Shown here piece after piece: positions 25,569 through 34,287 of a DNA stretch of 52,793 nt. The DNA is from Candidatus Magasanikbacteria bacterium RIFOXYD2_FULL_41_14. GTDB taxonomy: Bacteria > Patescibacteriota > Patescibacteriia > Magasanikbacterales > GWA2-37-8. The position numbers and the translations under genes are program-made. The stretch lies in NCBI GenBank assembly GCA_001784475.1, contig MFRE01000009.1, positions 36,585 to 89,377 of the forward strand, written 5' to 3'. Position 1 is the stretch's first letter. Each line of letters starts with the position of its first letter. The notes beneath the pieces are model-generated. The model saw only the letters and a list, made by a program, of their open reading frames with translations. It made no database searches and was not told the DNA's origin.

Positions 25569-27218
25569 ATGAGTTATTTCTTGCCGAACCTCGATTTAAT
25601 TTCAGTTGGCCTGGTTAGTGCTGCTACTGCCATTATGGGGTTTGTTATTTTTTTTAGTAATAAGCGGAGTCGGACTAATCAATTCTTTTTATTGTTTTCC
25701 TTGGTAACGATTTTATGGGGTGCTGTCAATTATTTTATTTATCAAGTTGATTCGCCGGTCTTGGCGCTTTGGCTTACTAGAGTCGTGATGTTTGCGGCCA
25801 CTTGGCAAGCTTTTTCTATATTCCAGTTATTCTACGTTTTTCCTAGCGATAAGGTTGATTTGTCAAAAAATTACAAATATTTGCTTATTCCATTAGTGGC
25901 CTTCACTTCTTTATTAACCGTGACCCCGTATTTTTTTGGTGGGATTACTGAATATACGGTTGGTCAGGCGCCAATAGTGTCTAAGGGCCCGGGTTTAATA
26001 ATGTTTGGATTACTCAGTGTAAGTTTAGTGTTAGCTGGTTTATTTTTGTTAGTAAAGAAAACTCTTCGAGCTTCTGAAAAATCACGTTTGCCGTTTATTT
26101 TTGTATTAGTTGGTACTTTTTTGACTTTTTTGCTAATTATAATTTTTAATTTTGTTCTTCCGATTTTTTTTGAGAATGTTACCTTTATACCATTTGGAGC
26201 TGTTTTTACCTTTCCTTTTATCATTTTTACCGCCTATGCTATTATTAGGCATAATTTATTAAATGTAAAAATATTAGCTGCGGAGTTTTTGGTTTTTGCA
26301 GTTTTAGCGGTGAGTTTGGTGGAGATGATTTTTTCCAATAGTTTGGTGGAAAAAATTATACGTTCCTTAATGTTTTTGACCCTTTTATTTTTTAGCGTGT
26401 TATTGGTAAGAAGTGTTAGAAAAGAAGTTGACCAAAGAGTAATTTTACAGAAATTGACTGAGGAGTTGGAGACTGCTAACGGAAAATTAAAAGAACTAGA
26501 CAAACAAAAAACCGACTTTCTTTCCATTGCCGCGCACCAATTGCGCACACCGATGTCTATCGCCAAGGGGTATCTGGAACTTTTAGAGGATGGCGCTTAT
26601 GGTAATACCAGCCCGGAGATGCTGAAGGTGTTTACTGATATGGACACATCCAATGAGCATTTGATTAAATTAATTGATCAGTTTTTGGATATTTCGCGCA
26701 TTGAACAGGGGCGCACTAAATATGATTTTAAGATGGAAAATGTGCAAGATTTGGTTGAGGGAGTTGTTAAGGAACTGCGCGCGCGTGCACACGATAAAGG
26801 TCTTAAGCTGGTTTGGAAAAAGGACGCGGATATTAAGAGCGATATTAATATTGATGCCGAGAAAATTCGCCACGTGGTATTCAATTTTATTGACAACGCG
26901 ATTAAATATAGCGAGCATGGCGACATAAAAATAGATCTTAAAATTCAAAAGCGCCGCCTTGTCGTCACGGTGAAAGATACGGGACTTGGCTTTGGTAAGG
27001 AAGACGAGGGTAGATTTTTCCAGAAGTTTTATCGTGGCGAAAATGTTAAAGGTGTGAATGTGGGCGGTACCGGCATTGGTCTTTATGTTTGCCGAATGTT
27101 TGTGGAAGAGCATAAAGGAGAGGTCTGGGCCAAAAGCGATGGTCGGGGGAAGGGGAGCGAGTTTGGTTTCTCGTTGCCAGTGGCAACTTTGGCGCAGTCA
27201 TCTGATTTGAAAAAATAG
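25569..27218 (+). CDS. Sensor histidine kinase with N-terminal multi-TM (HisK-7TM-like) sensor
   Basis: About 270 aa of stacked TM helices, then H box FLSIAAHQLRTP, NFIDNAIKY, DTGLG and GTGIGL. Confidence 0.95.
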   Translation: MSYFLPNLDLISVGLVSAATAIMGFVIFFSNKRSRTNQFFLLFSLVTILWGAVNYFIYQVDSPVLALWLTRVVMFAATWQAFSIFQLFYVFPSDKVDLSKNYKYLLIPLVAFTSLLTVTPYFFGGITEYTVGQAPIVSKGPGLIMFGLLSVSLVLAGLFLLVKKTLRASEKSRLPFIFVLVGTFLTFLLIIIFNFVLPIFFENVTFIPFGAVFTFPFIIFTAYAIIRHNLLNVKILAAEFLVFAVLAVSLVEMIFSNSLVEKIIRSLMFLTLLFFSVLLVRSVRKEVDQRVILQKLTEELETANGKLKELDKQKTDFLSIAAHQLRTPMSIAKGYLELLEDGAYGNTSPEMLKVFTDMDTSNEHLIKLIDQFLDISRIEQGRTKYDFKMENVQDLVEGVVKELRARAHDKGLKLVWKKDADIKSDINIDAEKIRHVVFNFIDNAIKYSEHGDIKIDLKIQKRRLVVTVKDTGLGFGKEDEGRFFQKFYRGENVKGVNVGGTGIGLYVCRMFVEEHKGEVWAKSDGRGKGSEFGFSLPVATLAQSSDLKK

Positions 27219-27295
27219 CAGTAGTATTGGCAATTTGTTGATTGAATAATTTTGTGGTATAATAATAAAGCAATTAATTTTAAAAATTTAATTTT

Positions 27296-27784
27296 ATGAT
27301 GTTTCAAAAACCTTCACCCAGTATTGCTTTAGAAAACGAAGATGATGTTAACGGCGCGCAAATGGGAGCCGGTGGCCCCGATGAGGTGGAAACCGTAGTT
27401 GGCCCGTCTGTAAATGTAGAAGGTGATTTTGCCTCTGAAGGCAATATTATTGTGAAGGGGTCGGTATCCGGCAGTGTTCATACTAGTCGGCATTTATCGG
27501 TGGAGACGGGTGCTAAGATTATGGCCAATGTGCGAGCTGGTGGTGCGCGGATAGCCGGTGAAGTACGAGGCAATATTAAAGTAAAAGAAGATTTGGAATT
27601 GATGGCCACGGCCAGAGTCGTAGGTGATATTGAAGCCAAAGTTTTGAAGATTGATGCCGGTGCGCTGTTATTTGGCAAAGTCGCTATGCCCGGATTATCA
27701 AATACTGATAACAAATCAACTGCGCGTAGTCGGGGCAATTTATCAAAAAAAGGTGATAATCCAATTTTAGAACTGGCAGAATAG
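27296..27784 (+). CDS. Bactofilin (polymer-forming cytoskeletal protein)
   Basis: 'TVVGPSVNVEGDF.SEGNIIVKGSVSG' beta-helix repeats. Confidence 0.92.
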   Translation: MMFQKPSPSIALENEDDVNGAQMGAGGPDEVETVVGPSVNVEGDFASEGNIIVKGSVSGSVHTSRHLSVETGAKIMANVRAGGARIAGEVRGNIKVKEDLELMATARVVGDIEAKVLKIDAGALLFGKVAMPGLSNTDNKSTARSRGNLSKKGDNPILELAE

Positions 27785-27806
27785 TTTTGTATTTTTGATT
27801 TAGGTT

Positions 27807-28571
27807 ATGTATGTCTATTTATACGACAACTTTCTGCGTCAGAAAAAATTCGATGCGGAGATAAGGAACGTTGAAGTCCGTCTAACCGACTATGGTATTG
27901 CTGGTAAAATTTTACGACTTACCAATTATACTGATGCCAAGCAAATAATTGATGATGAGATTAAGCGGGGCGCTAAAACGGTAGTAATTGTCGGCAATGA
28001 CCACACTTTTGGCCATGTGTTATCGCGCGCGGCCACTTGTGAATGCGTTTTTGGTTTTTTACCAATTGGTCCAGAGAATACAATTGCCGAGGTATTAGGA
28101 GTGCCGGTTGGAGTTTCTGCTTGTGATGTATTGGCGCGTCGGCGTCGGGAGAAATTAGATATTGGTTGGATGAACAATCGTTATTTTGTCTCACGTTTGC
28201 AAGTTAAGGCAGCGGCGGTGCGGGTAATTTATGACAGTAAATTTTCAGTGGCAGCCAATGATTTAATGGAGGTGGTTGTTTGTAATTTACAGCCATTTTA
28301 CTGGAAACGAGACCGCGATGATTTAGAACCAAGAGTTGTTCATCCTCAGGATGGAAAATTGGAAGCATTTTTGCGTCCCTTGACAAAGAAGCGGTTTTGG
28401 GGATATAAATATGAAAGCCCCAGTGTCTTTCCTTTTGAAGAGATGGAGATTGTCGGCAAAACCCCTTTTACGCTTGAGGCCGATGGTAAGATATCCAAAG
28501 AGTTAAAAGTAAAAATTAAATTAGCGCACGGGAAAATAGATATGGTGGTAGGGAGGAATCGCAAGTTTTAA
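27807..28571 (+). CDS. Diacylglycerol kinase-like family protein (degenerate GGDG)
   Basis: 'VVIVGND.T', 'GFLPIG..N.IA..LG', 'LDIG..N.RYF', 'DGKLE' and 'ADG' follow the DAGK layout. Confidence 0.7.
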   Translation: MYVYLYDNFLRQKKFDAEIRNVEVRLTDYGIAGKILRLTNYTDAKQIIDDEIKRGAKTVVIVGNDHTFGHVLSRAATCECVFGFLPIGPENTIAEVLGVPVGVSACDVLARRRREKLDIGWMNNRYFVSRLQVKAAAVRVIYDSKFSVAANDLMEVVVCNLQPFYWKRDRDDLEPRVVHPQDGKLEAFLRPLTKKRFWGYKYESPSVFPFEEMEIVGKTPFTLEADGKISKELKVKIKLAHGKIDMVVGRNRKF

Positions 28572-28579
28572 TTTAAGAA

Positions 28580-28663
28580 GCGCGGGTGGCGAAACTGGTA
28601 GACGCACTACCTTGAGGTGGTAACGCCCGCAAGGGCATGGAGGTTCGAGTCCTCTCCCGCGCA
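28580..28663 (+). tRNA. tRNA-Leu(GAG)
   Basis: Cloverleaf with acceptor GCGCGGG/CCCGCGC, anticodon loop TTGAGGT, long variable arm and GGTTCGAGTCC; CCA not encoded. Confidence 0.95.
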
Positions 28664-28701
28664 CGAGCGACCCAATAGTTTGGATTTATAAACTTATTCC
28701 T

Positions 28702-28947
28702 ATGTCTCATATAATTATTGGCTTTATAATTGCGGCTGTTGGTTCATCGCTGATTTTAAAGACACAGTGGTTTTTGGAAAATTTTGGTTCCAATGCTTGG
28801 GCGGAAGAAAAGTTTGGTACCAGTGGCGGTAGTCGTTTGTTTTACAAATTGCTCGGTTTGTTTGGTATTTTTATCGGTTTTTTAATAGTGACCAACATGT
28901 TTTCTGGTTTTTTGGCCGCTACCGTCGGAAAATTATTAGTCAGATAA
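28702..28947 (+). CDS. Small membrane protein (2 TM)
   Basis: 81 aa with 'FG...WAEEKFG.SGGSRLFYKL' between hydrophobic helices. Confidence 0.75.
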   Translation: MSHIIIGFIIAAVGSSLILKTQWFLENFGSNAWAEEKFGTSGGSRLFYKLLGLFGIFIGFLIVTNMFSGFLAATVGKLLVR

Positions 28948-28957
28948 TTTTTTTTGT

Positions 28958-29503
28958 ATGTTGTCAACTGGCGTAGCGCTCATTGATCCTCAAAAAATAT
29001 TGGAACGCATTGGTCTGGTGCGAGGCATGCGTTTGGCCGATTTTGGTTGTGGTCGCACTGGTCATTTTATTTTTCCGGCTGCAAGACTAGTAGAAGATGT
29101 TGGTTTGGTTTACGCGATTGATATTTTGCGCGAGGTGTTGGACAGTATCAAGAGCCGGGCGCGCTCCGAAGGATATGATAATGTACAATTAGTTTGGTCT
29201 GACATTGAAGCGGTTGGCAAAACTCCAATTCCGGAAGGAAGTTTAGATGTTTGTTTAATTGTTAATGTTTTAAATCAGTTAAAGAATAAGACCGCCGGCC
29301 TAAGTGAGTGCGCGCGTCTTTTAAAACCAGGAGGGTTACTGGTTATAATTGACTGGCAGAAACGGATTGGTCGTTTGGGACCGGCCGAAGAACATATGAT
29401 ATCTCCCGCCGACATTTTGGGGTTGACTGGTACGCTTGGTTTTTCAGAGCTTGACAATTTTGCCGCCGGCGACTATCATTACTGCTTAGTATTAAAGAAA
29501 TAA
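28958..29503 (+). CDS. Class I SAM-dependent methyltransferase
   Basis: LADFGCG, VYAIDI and 'RLLKPGG.LVIIDW' motifs. Confidence 0.9.
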   Translation: MLSTGVALIDPQKILERIGLVRGMRLADFGCGRTGHFIFPAARLVEDVGLVYAIDILREVLDSIKSRARSEGYDNVQLVWSDIEAVGKTPIPEGSLDVCLIVNVLNQLKNKTAGLSECARLLKPGGLLVIIDWQKRIGRLGPAEEHMISPADILGLTGTLGFSELDNFAAGDYHYCLVLKK

Positions 29504-29505
29504 TT

Positions 29506-29901
29506 ATGCATTTAAATAATTTGTTACATTACTCTTATTGGTTTGGCCAGCCATTTATGGCGCGGGGCACAACCTTTTCATTATTAGTTGGCATTTTTTT
29601 AATTTTGGTTTTAATTGGTTTGTTGGCTAAAATTTGGCGTGTTTATCGTGTTGAAAATTGGCAAAAGGAAGTTTTACGCCGTTTGGGAAATTTTGGTTTG
29701 ACGATTGGCATTTTAGGATTGATTTGGCTATTTCTTCGCCAAAATGAAGTTTTTTTCTTAGGACTGCGTTTTTGGTTGCTTTTGGGGTTTTTGGTTTCTG
29801 TTTGGTGGGTGTATCGGATTGTTTGGTATTTGGTCGCACGTGTACCAAAAATTAAAGCCGAAATTGCTCAGCGCGCAGTAAAGGAAAAGTATCTGCCATA
29901 A
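29506..29901 (+). CDS. Hypothetical membrane protein (3 TM)
   Basis: Hydrophobic ORF tightly packed in the operon. Confidence 0.75.
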   Translation: MHLNNLLHYSYWFGQPFMARGTTFSLLVGIFLILVLIGLLAKIWRVYRVENWQKEVLRRLGNFGLTIGILGLIWLFLRQNEVFFLGLRFWLLLGFLVSVWWVYRIVWYLVARVPKIKAEIAQRAVKEKYLP

Positions 29902-29907
29902 ATTTAT

Positions 29908-30264
29908 ATGGTAAGAGGGGGGAAGAAAAAAATCGGGGAGTGGGGAGAAAATTTGGCGTGCGCGTTTTTGTGCCGCCGCGGTTTTAAAATCATTGAGCGA
30001 AATTATTATACCACTGTCGGAGAAATTGACATCGTCGCTAAACTCGGCGATGATTTTTATTTTGTGGAAGTCAAAACTCGTCGAGCGGGGGAAATGGCCA
30101 ATGATTTGGCGATAACAGCTGAAAAATGGCGCAGATTTGAGAAAACAGTAGGTCGTTATTGCTGTAAACATCAGATTGAAGGCGGAATTATTTTAGCGGC
30201 TTTAATTGTTGCTTTTGATAGGGTGGGTGGCACTGTCCATTTTAGTCTTATACCCAAATATTAA
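29908..30264 (+). CDS. YraN (UPF0102) family protein
   Basis: 'G.WGE.LA..FL...GF.II.RNY....GEIDIVA......FVEVKTR' motif. Confidence 0.92.
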   Translation: MVRGGKKKIGEWGENLACAFLCRRGFKIIERNYYTTVGEIDIVAKLGDDFYFVEVKTRRAGEMANDLAITAEKWRRFEKTVGRYCCKHQIEGGIILAALIVAFDRVGGTVHFSLIPKY

Positions 30265-30282
30265 CTTGATTAATTTAAGGGG

Positions 30283-30311
30283 TTGACTGTTTTGATAAAA
30301 GTATGTATAAT
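30283..30311 (+). promoter_or_regulatory. Putative sigma70 promoter for ndk
   Basis: TTGACT, 17 bp spacer, TATAAT. Confidence 0.7.
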
Positions 30312-30353
30312 ATAGCCAATTAAAAAATAACAATCTATTTAAGTAATAAATAT

Positions 30354-30926
30354 ATGAATTTTAAAACCGAACGAACCTATGTCATGGTAAAACCCGATGG
30401 AGTTAAGAAAGGCCTAATTGGTGAGATTATCCGCCGTTTTGAACAGCGTGATTTGAAAATTGTGGCGTTGGAAATGTTTCAACCAACCAAAGAACAAATT
30501 GATGGCCATTATCCAAAAGATGATGCTTGGGTTGCCCGTTTAGGTCAAAAGACGTTGGGTACTTATGAAAAATACGGTTTAGATGTGGCTAAAGAGTTGG
30601 GGACAGCTAATGATTTAGAAATTGGTCGGATGGTAAGAGGGTGGGTCGTTGATTATATGGTCTCCGCTCCACTCGTACGTATGGTGGTAGAAGGTGTGCA
30701 TGCAGTTGATATGGTGCGCAAAATTGCCGGTGCCACGTTGCCGTATTTAGCTGATATGGGAACTATTCGCGGTGATTATTCAGCCGATTCTCCGGCAGTG
30801 GCTAACTCTGAACGTCGCGCCGTTATGAACTTAGTTCATGCTTCGGAAACTTCTGCTGAGGCCCAACATGAAGTTGAGTTTTGGTTTGGTAAGAGAGATG
30901 TCATATTTCCTTACGACAGATTTTAA
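30354..30926 (+). CDS. ndk: Nucleoside diphosphate kinase (long form)
   Basis: ERTYVMVKPDGV, GTIRGDY and NLVHAS (catalytic His) motifs. Confidence 0.96.
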   Translation: MNFKTERTYVMVKPDGVKKGLIGEIIRRFEQRDLKIVALEMFQPTKEQIDGHYPKDDAWVARLGQKTLGTYEKYGLDVAKELGTANDLEIGRMVRGWVVDYMVSAPLVRMVVEGVHAVDMVRKIAGATLPYLADMGTIRGDYSADSPAVANSERRAVMNLVHASETSAEAQHEVEFWFGKRDVIFPYDRF

Positions 30927-30952
30927 TTGTATCTGTTGTTAATTTTTATAAT

Positions 30953-30985
30953 AAAAATACCCCTTTAATTAATAGGGGCATTTTT
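30953..30985. terminator. Probable bidirectional terminator between ndk and rpmB
   Basis: AAAAATACCCCT...AGGGGCATTTTT. Confidence 0.6.
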
Positions 30986-30997
30986 ATTTGAAGTTTT

Positions 30998-31174
30998 TTA
31001 TTTTTTGTCCTTTGCCAGAGTCCGGCGACAGGTGGAGCATACTTTGGCAGTAGCTCCGCCGACGGTTAAGGCCTGTAAATTCGGATGCTGACGGCGTGGA
31101 ACGCGGCGTTTGGAGTGGCTAACTGAGTTAGCGCGGGCCGAGCCCTTTTTGCATAGGTCACAAGTTCTGCTCAT
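30998..31174 (-). CDS. rpmB: 50S ribosomal protein L28
   Basis: MSRTCDLC.K.....NSVSHS.....R...PNLQ...VCSTC; ATG 31174. Confidence 0.93.
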   Translation of the reverse strand: MSRTCDLCKKGSARANSVSHSKRRVPRRQHPNLQALTVGGATAKVCSTCRRTLAKDKK

Positions 31175-31247
31175 AGTATTTGCGTGTTTATATTTAAAAA
31201 GGTATAATATATGGGATATTATAATTGATTTAATGGTTTTTGTCAAT

Positions 31248-31853
31248 ATGAATGTTATTTCTTTGCTTTTTTACTTTATTGTTATTATTCCATCGGCCAT
31301 TATCCATGAGTATGCCCACGGTTGGATGGCTGACCGTCTTGGTGATCCAACGGCACGTTATGCCGGTCGCCTTACTATTGATCCGCGCCCCCATATAGAT
31401 ATTTGGGGCACTCTTCTGATGCCACTTGTGTTATTCTTTTTTACTGGTGGTCGGTTTCTGTTTGCCTATGCCAAACCAGTGCCATATAATCCATATAATT
31501 TACGTTATCACAAATGGGGTCCTGCTTTGGTAGGTGTGGCTGGTCCATTGGCAAATTTTATGTTGGCAGCGGTGTTTGCGCTATTGGTGAGGATATTGCC
31601 GGTCTCAACTTTTTCTCAGCTTTTAGCAATTGTGGTGCAAGCTAACTTAGTTTTAATGGTATTTAATTTAGTACCAATTCCGCCTTTGGATGGCTCCAAA
31701 ATTTTATACGCATTTTTGCCGGAATCAGCTCGAGAAGTAAAAATTTTTTTAGATCGGTATGGTGTTGTCCTATTATTATTTTTTATTTTTTTCTTGTTTA
31801 ATTTGATTTTACCAATAATAGACGCCTTGTTTTACTTTTTAGTTTATTCCTAA
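31248..31853 (+). CDS. Site-2 protease (M50) family protein
   Basis: HEYAH, GDPT, AGP.AN and FNLVPIPPLDG motifs; ATG 31248. Confidence 0.94.
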   Translation: MNVISLLFYFIVIIPSAIIHEYAHGWMADRLGDPTARYAGRLTIDPRPHIDIWGTLLMPLVLFFFTGGRFLFAYAKPVPYNPYNLRYHKWGPALVGVAGPLANFMLAAVFALLVRILPVSTFSQLLAIVVQANLVLMVFNLVPIPPLDGSKILYAFLPESAREVKIFLDRYGVVLLLFFIFFLFNLILPIIDALFYFLVYS

Positions 31854-31862
31854 TATTTTTAT

Positions 31863-32207
31863 ATGAAATTATTGTTACGTTGGTTTATAAATGCCGCGGC
31901 GATAATAATTATTGCCAGTTATTTGCCGGGATTGGCAGTGTCTGGTTTTTATGCAGCTTTAGTAACGGCTTTAATTTTAGGTCTGGTAAACGCTCTCATT
32001 AGGCCAGTAGTGCTTTTTTTTACTTTACCGGTAAATATTTTAACTTTGGGATTGTTTACTTTTGTGGTCAATGCGCTCATGTTGTGGCTCGTATCATCAA
32101 TTGTTAAAGGGTTTTATGTAGCCGGGTTTGCGAGTGCGTTCTGGGCGGCTTTGATTTTGTGGTTGGTAAGTTGGTTTACTAATGTGCTTTTGAAAAAAAA
32201 TAGGTAG
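31863..32207 (+). CDS. YvlD/phage-holin-4 family membrane protein
   Basis: 'LGLVNALIRP....TLP...LTLGLF..VVNA' motif. Confidence 0.88.
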   Translation: MKLLLRWFINAAAIIIIASYLPGLAVSGFYAALVTALILGLVNALIRPVVLFFTLPVNILTLGLFTFVVNALMLWLVSSIVKGFYVAGFASAFWAALILWLVSWFTNVLLKKNR

Positions 32208-32213
32208 ATAAGA

Positions 32214-32243
32214 TTTATGTCCGTACACGTGTACGGACATAAA
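32214..32243. repeat. 30-bp perfect palindrome, copy 1
   Basis: TTTATGTCCGTACACGTGTACGGACATAAA; related copies at 41878 and 49368. Confidence 0.92.
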
Positions 32244-32383
32244 ATTTAGTAAAATTATGAAAAACTATTCATCCAATCGCGCACAAAAGGGTAAAACTGC
32301 CTATCGCACCCCCAGTCGGCGATTGGCTTTGAGGTCATTTGCAAAAGTAACTGTTAAAAATGCTAATTTTGATAATTTAAAAT

Positions 32384-33076
32384 ATGGCGATAAAAAATAA
32401 TAAGATAGTGGTAATTTCTTTGGGAGGTTCTTTGATTGCCCCTCCCGGCGGAGTGGATATATTTTTTTTAAAAAAATTTCGTAAACTTATTTTTGATTTT
32501 GTAAAAAAAAGATATAAGTTTGTGATCGTTTGTGGTGGGGGAGATGCCTGTCGTAAATATCAAGTGGCCGCAAAAGAAGTGGCTGGACTTTCCGGTAAAG
32601 ACTTGGATTGGGTGGGAATATATGTTACTTGGTTGCACGCTAATTTTGTGCGCGGATTATTGGGGGGCATCGCTGGTGCTAATATTATCACCGACCCGAC
32701 AGTAAAATTAAATTGGAATAGTAAAGTTTTGGTAGCTGGGGGTTGGATGCCCGGTTGCTCTACTGATTTTGATGCTGTTAAATTGGCGCAGGGTTTGGGC
32801 GCTGGGACAGTAATAAATATCTCAAATGTGGATTATGTTTACGATCGTGATCCTAAAATAACGGGCGCAAAAAAAATAGAAAAAATGAATTGGAAAGATC
32901 TGCAAAAAATTGTTGGCACTAAATGGTCGCCGGGAGCACATGTCCCTTTTGATCCAATTGCCACTAAGCTGGGCGCGCAGTTGGGAGTTGTTTTAAAATT
33001 TGTTAGTGGAGCTGATTTACTTCAGGTGAGTCGAGCGATAGTTGGGGATAAGTTTAAAGGGACTATTGTTGGATAG
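32384..33076 (+). CDS. pyrH: UMP kinase (archaeal-like subtype)
   Basis: SLGGS, VCGGG..R.Y, 'D..GI..T', 'PG.STD..AV', NVDYVY.DP and FDP.A motifs. Confidence 0.9.
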   Translation: MAIKNNKIVVISLGGSLIAPPGGVDIFFLKKFRKLIFDFVKKRYKFVIVCGGGDACRKYQVAAKEVAGLSGKDLDWVGIYVTWLHANFVRGLLGGIAGANIITDPTVKLNWNSKVLVAGGWMPGCSTDFDAVKLAQGLGAGTVINISNVDYVYDRDPKITGAKKIEKMNWKDLQKIVGTKWSPGAHVPFDPIATKLGAQLGVVLKFVSGADLLQVSRAIVGDKFKGTIVG

Positions 33077-33109
33077 TTGGGTGTTTTTAAAGCCTTTTGG
33101 CCTACCCCC

Positions 33110-33137
33110 TTGACAAAATATTATTATTTGATATAAT
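33110..33137 (+). promoter_or_regulatory. Sigma70 promoter for rplJL
   Basis: TTGACA, 16 bp spacer, TATAAT with an extended -10 TG. Confidence 0.75.
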
Positions 33138-33143
33138 GAACGC

Positions 33144-33234
33144 ACCATAGACAGCAGGTACCGCCACTTTGGCGATTTAATTTCCTGCCGAGGTGCAAAC
33201 AAATCATAAGGTCGATTTGCGCTAGGTCTGTGGT
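33144..33234 (+). ncRNA. L10 leader (ribosomal protein autoregulatory RNA)
   Basis: AGACAGCAGG...TTAA..TCCTGCCGAGG core, closed by ACCATAGAC/GTCTGTGGT, directly upstream of rplJ. Confidence 0.85.
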
Positions 33235-33263
33235 TCTAAGGAACCACTTTTTTATTAGGTTTT

Positions 33264-33785
33264 ATGCCAAAAAATAGACAACAAAAGGAAACCGATGTAC
33301 AGTCGTTGGCAGATGGTATCAAATCTGCCCAATCCACTGTTTTTGCTAATTTTCAGGGTTTGAAAGTTTCTGAAGCAGAGGAATTACGACGTAATTGTCG
33401 TAAGGAAAACGTAGCTGTATTAGCCACCAAAAAAACGCTGTTGCGCCGTGCTTTGGAAGGGCTGGGATTAACCAGTACTGACCCGAGTACTTTTGAGGGC
33501 GGAGTGGCCGCTTTTATGGGTAATGACGAGGTATCAGCTGCGAAGATTGTCGCGAATTTTGCCAAGACACATGATATCGTAACTATTTACGGCGGTGTTT
33601 TGGAGGGTAAATTTGTAGACGCCAATCGTATTAAAGCCCTGGCAACATTACCGAGCCGCACAGAATTACTAGGCAGATTAGTTGGCACATTAAACGCCCC
33701 GATATCGGGTTTTGTAAATGTGCTTGCTGGCAATTTACGCGGTTTAGTTTCGGTGTTAAATAACATTAAAGAAGTTAAAGTTTAA
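33264..33785 (+). CDS. rplJ: 50S ribosomal protein L10
   Basis: 'GLKV....ELR', KKTL.R.A and 'LA.LPSR.ELL..L.G.L.AP' motifs; upstream of rplL. Confidence 0.96.
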   Translation: MPKNRQQKETDVQSLADGIKSAQSTVFANFQGLKVSEAEELRRNCRKENVAVLATKKTLLRRALEGLGLTSTDPSTFEGGVAAFMGNDEVSAAKIVANFAKTHDIVTIYGGVLEGKFVDANRIKALATLPSRTELLGRLVGTLNAPISGFVNVLAGNLRGLVSVLNNIKEVKV

Positions 33786-33801
33786 TTTAATTTATATTTA
33801 T

Positions 33802-34209
33802 ATGTCAGACGAACAAAAAGTAGTTGAGGTGCCGGAAAAATTTAAGGCCATCGTCAGCGAAGTTGAGAAAATGTCCGTTTTGGATCTTTCTGAACTGGTA
33901 AAAGTATTGGAAGAGAAATTTGGCGTATCCGCCGCCGCTCCGGCCATGATGATGGCTGCCGCCCCTGGCGCCGCTGTTGGCGCCGCCGTGGAAGAGAAAA
34001 CTGAATTTGACGTTGAGTTAACTGAAACTGGTGCCAGCAAGATCAATGTGATCAAAGCTGTCAAAGAAGTTACTGGTCTTGGTTTAGCCGACGCAAAGGC
34101 ACTGGTAGATGGTGCACCCAAAATGATTAAAGAAGGGGTAAAGAAAGAAGATGCCGAGGCCATGAAGAAAAAGATTGAAGAGGCTGGTGGCAAAGTAACA
34201 TTGAAATAA
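33802..34209 (+). CDS. rplL: 50S ribosomal protein L7/L12
   Basis: [19 protein letters not shown] and KI.VIK.V...TGLGL.DAK motifs. Confidence 0.98.
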   Translation: MSDEQKVVEVPEKFKAIVSEVEKMSVLDLSELVKVLEEKFGVSAAAPAMMMAAAPGAAVGAAVEEKTEFDVELTETGASKINVIKAVKEVTGLGLADAKALVDGAPKMIKEGVKKEDAEAMKKKIEEAGGKVTLK

Positions 34210-34228
34210 GATTTTACCAATTTTACGG

Positions 34229-34270
34229 TAACTAAAAATCCTCCGCCAACTGGCGAAGGATTTTTAGTTA
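34229..34270. terminator. Bidirectional terminator
   Basis: TAACTAAAAATCCT...AGGATTTTTAGTTA, a 14-bp inverted repeat between convergent genes. Confidence 0.75.
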
Positions 34271-34287
34271 GATATTATTTGAGTTGA

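Noticed and set aside
31863..32207. Prophage suggested by the holin-family gene
   Set aside because: YvlD-like genes are common chromosomal genes; there are no phage genes or integrase nearby.
32257..32400. 47-aa basic ORF (MKNYSSNRAQKGK...) overlapping the pyrH start
   Set aside because: Short and with no recognisable family; cannot be supported without homologs.
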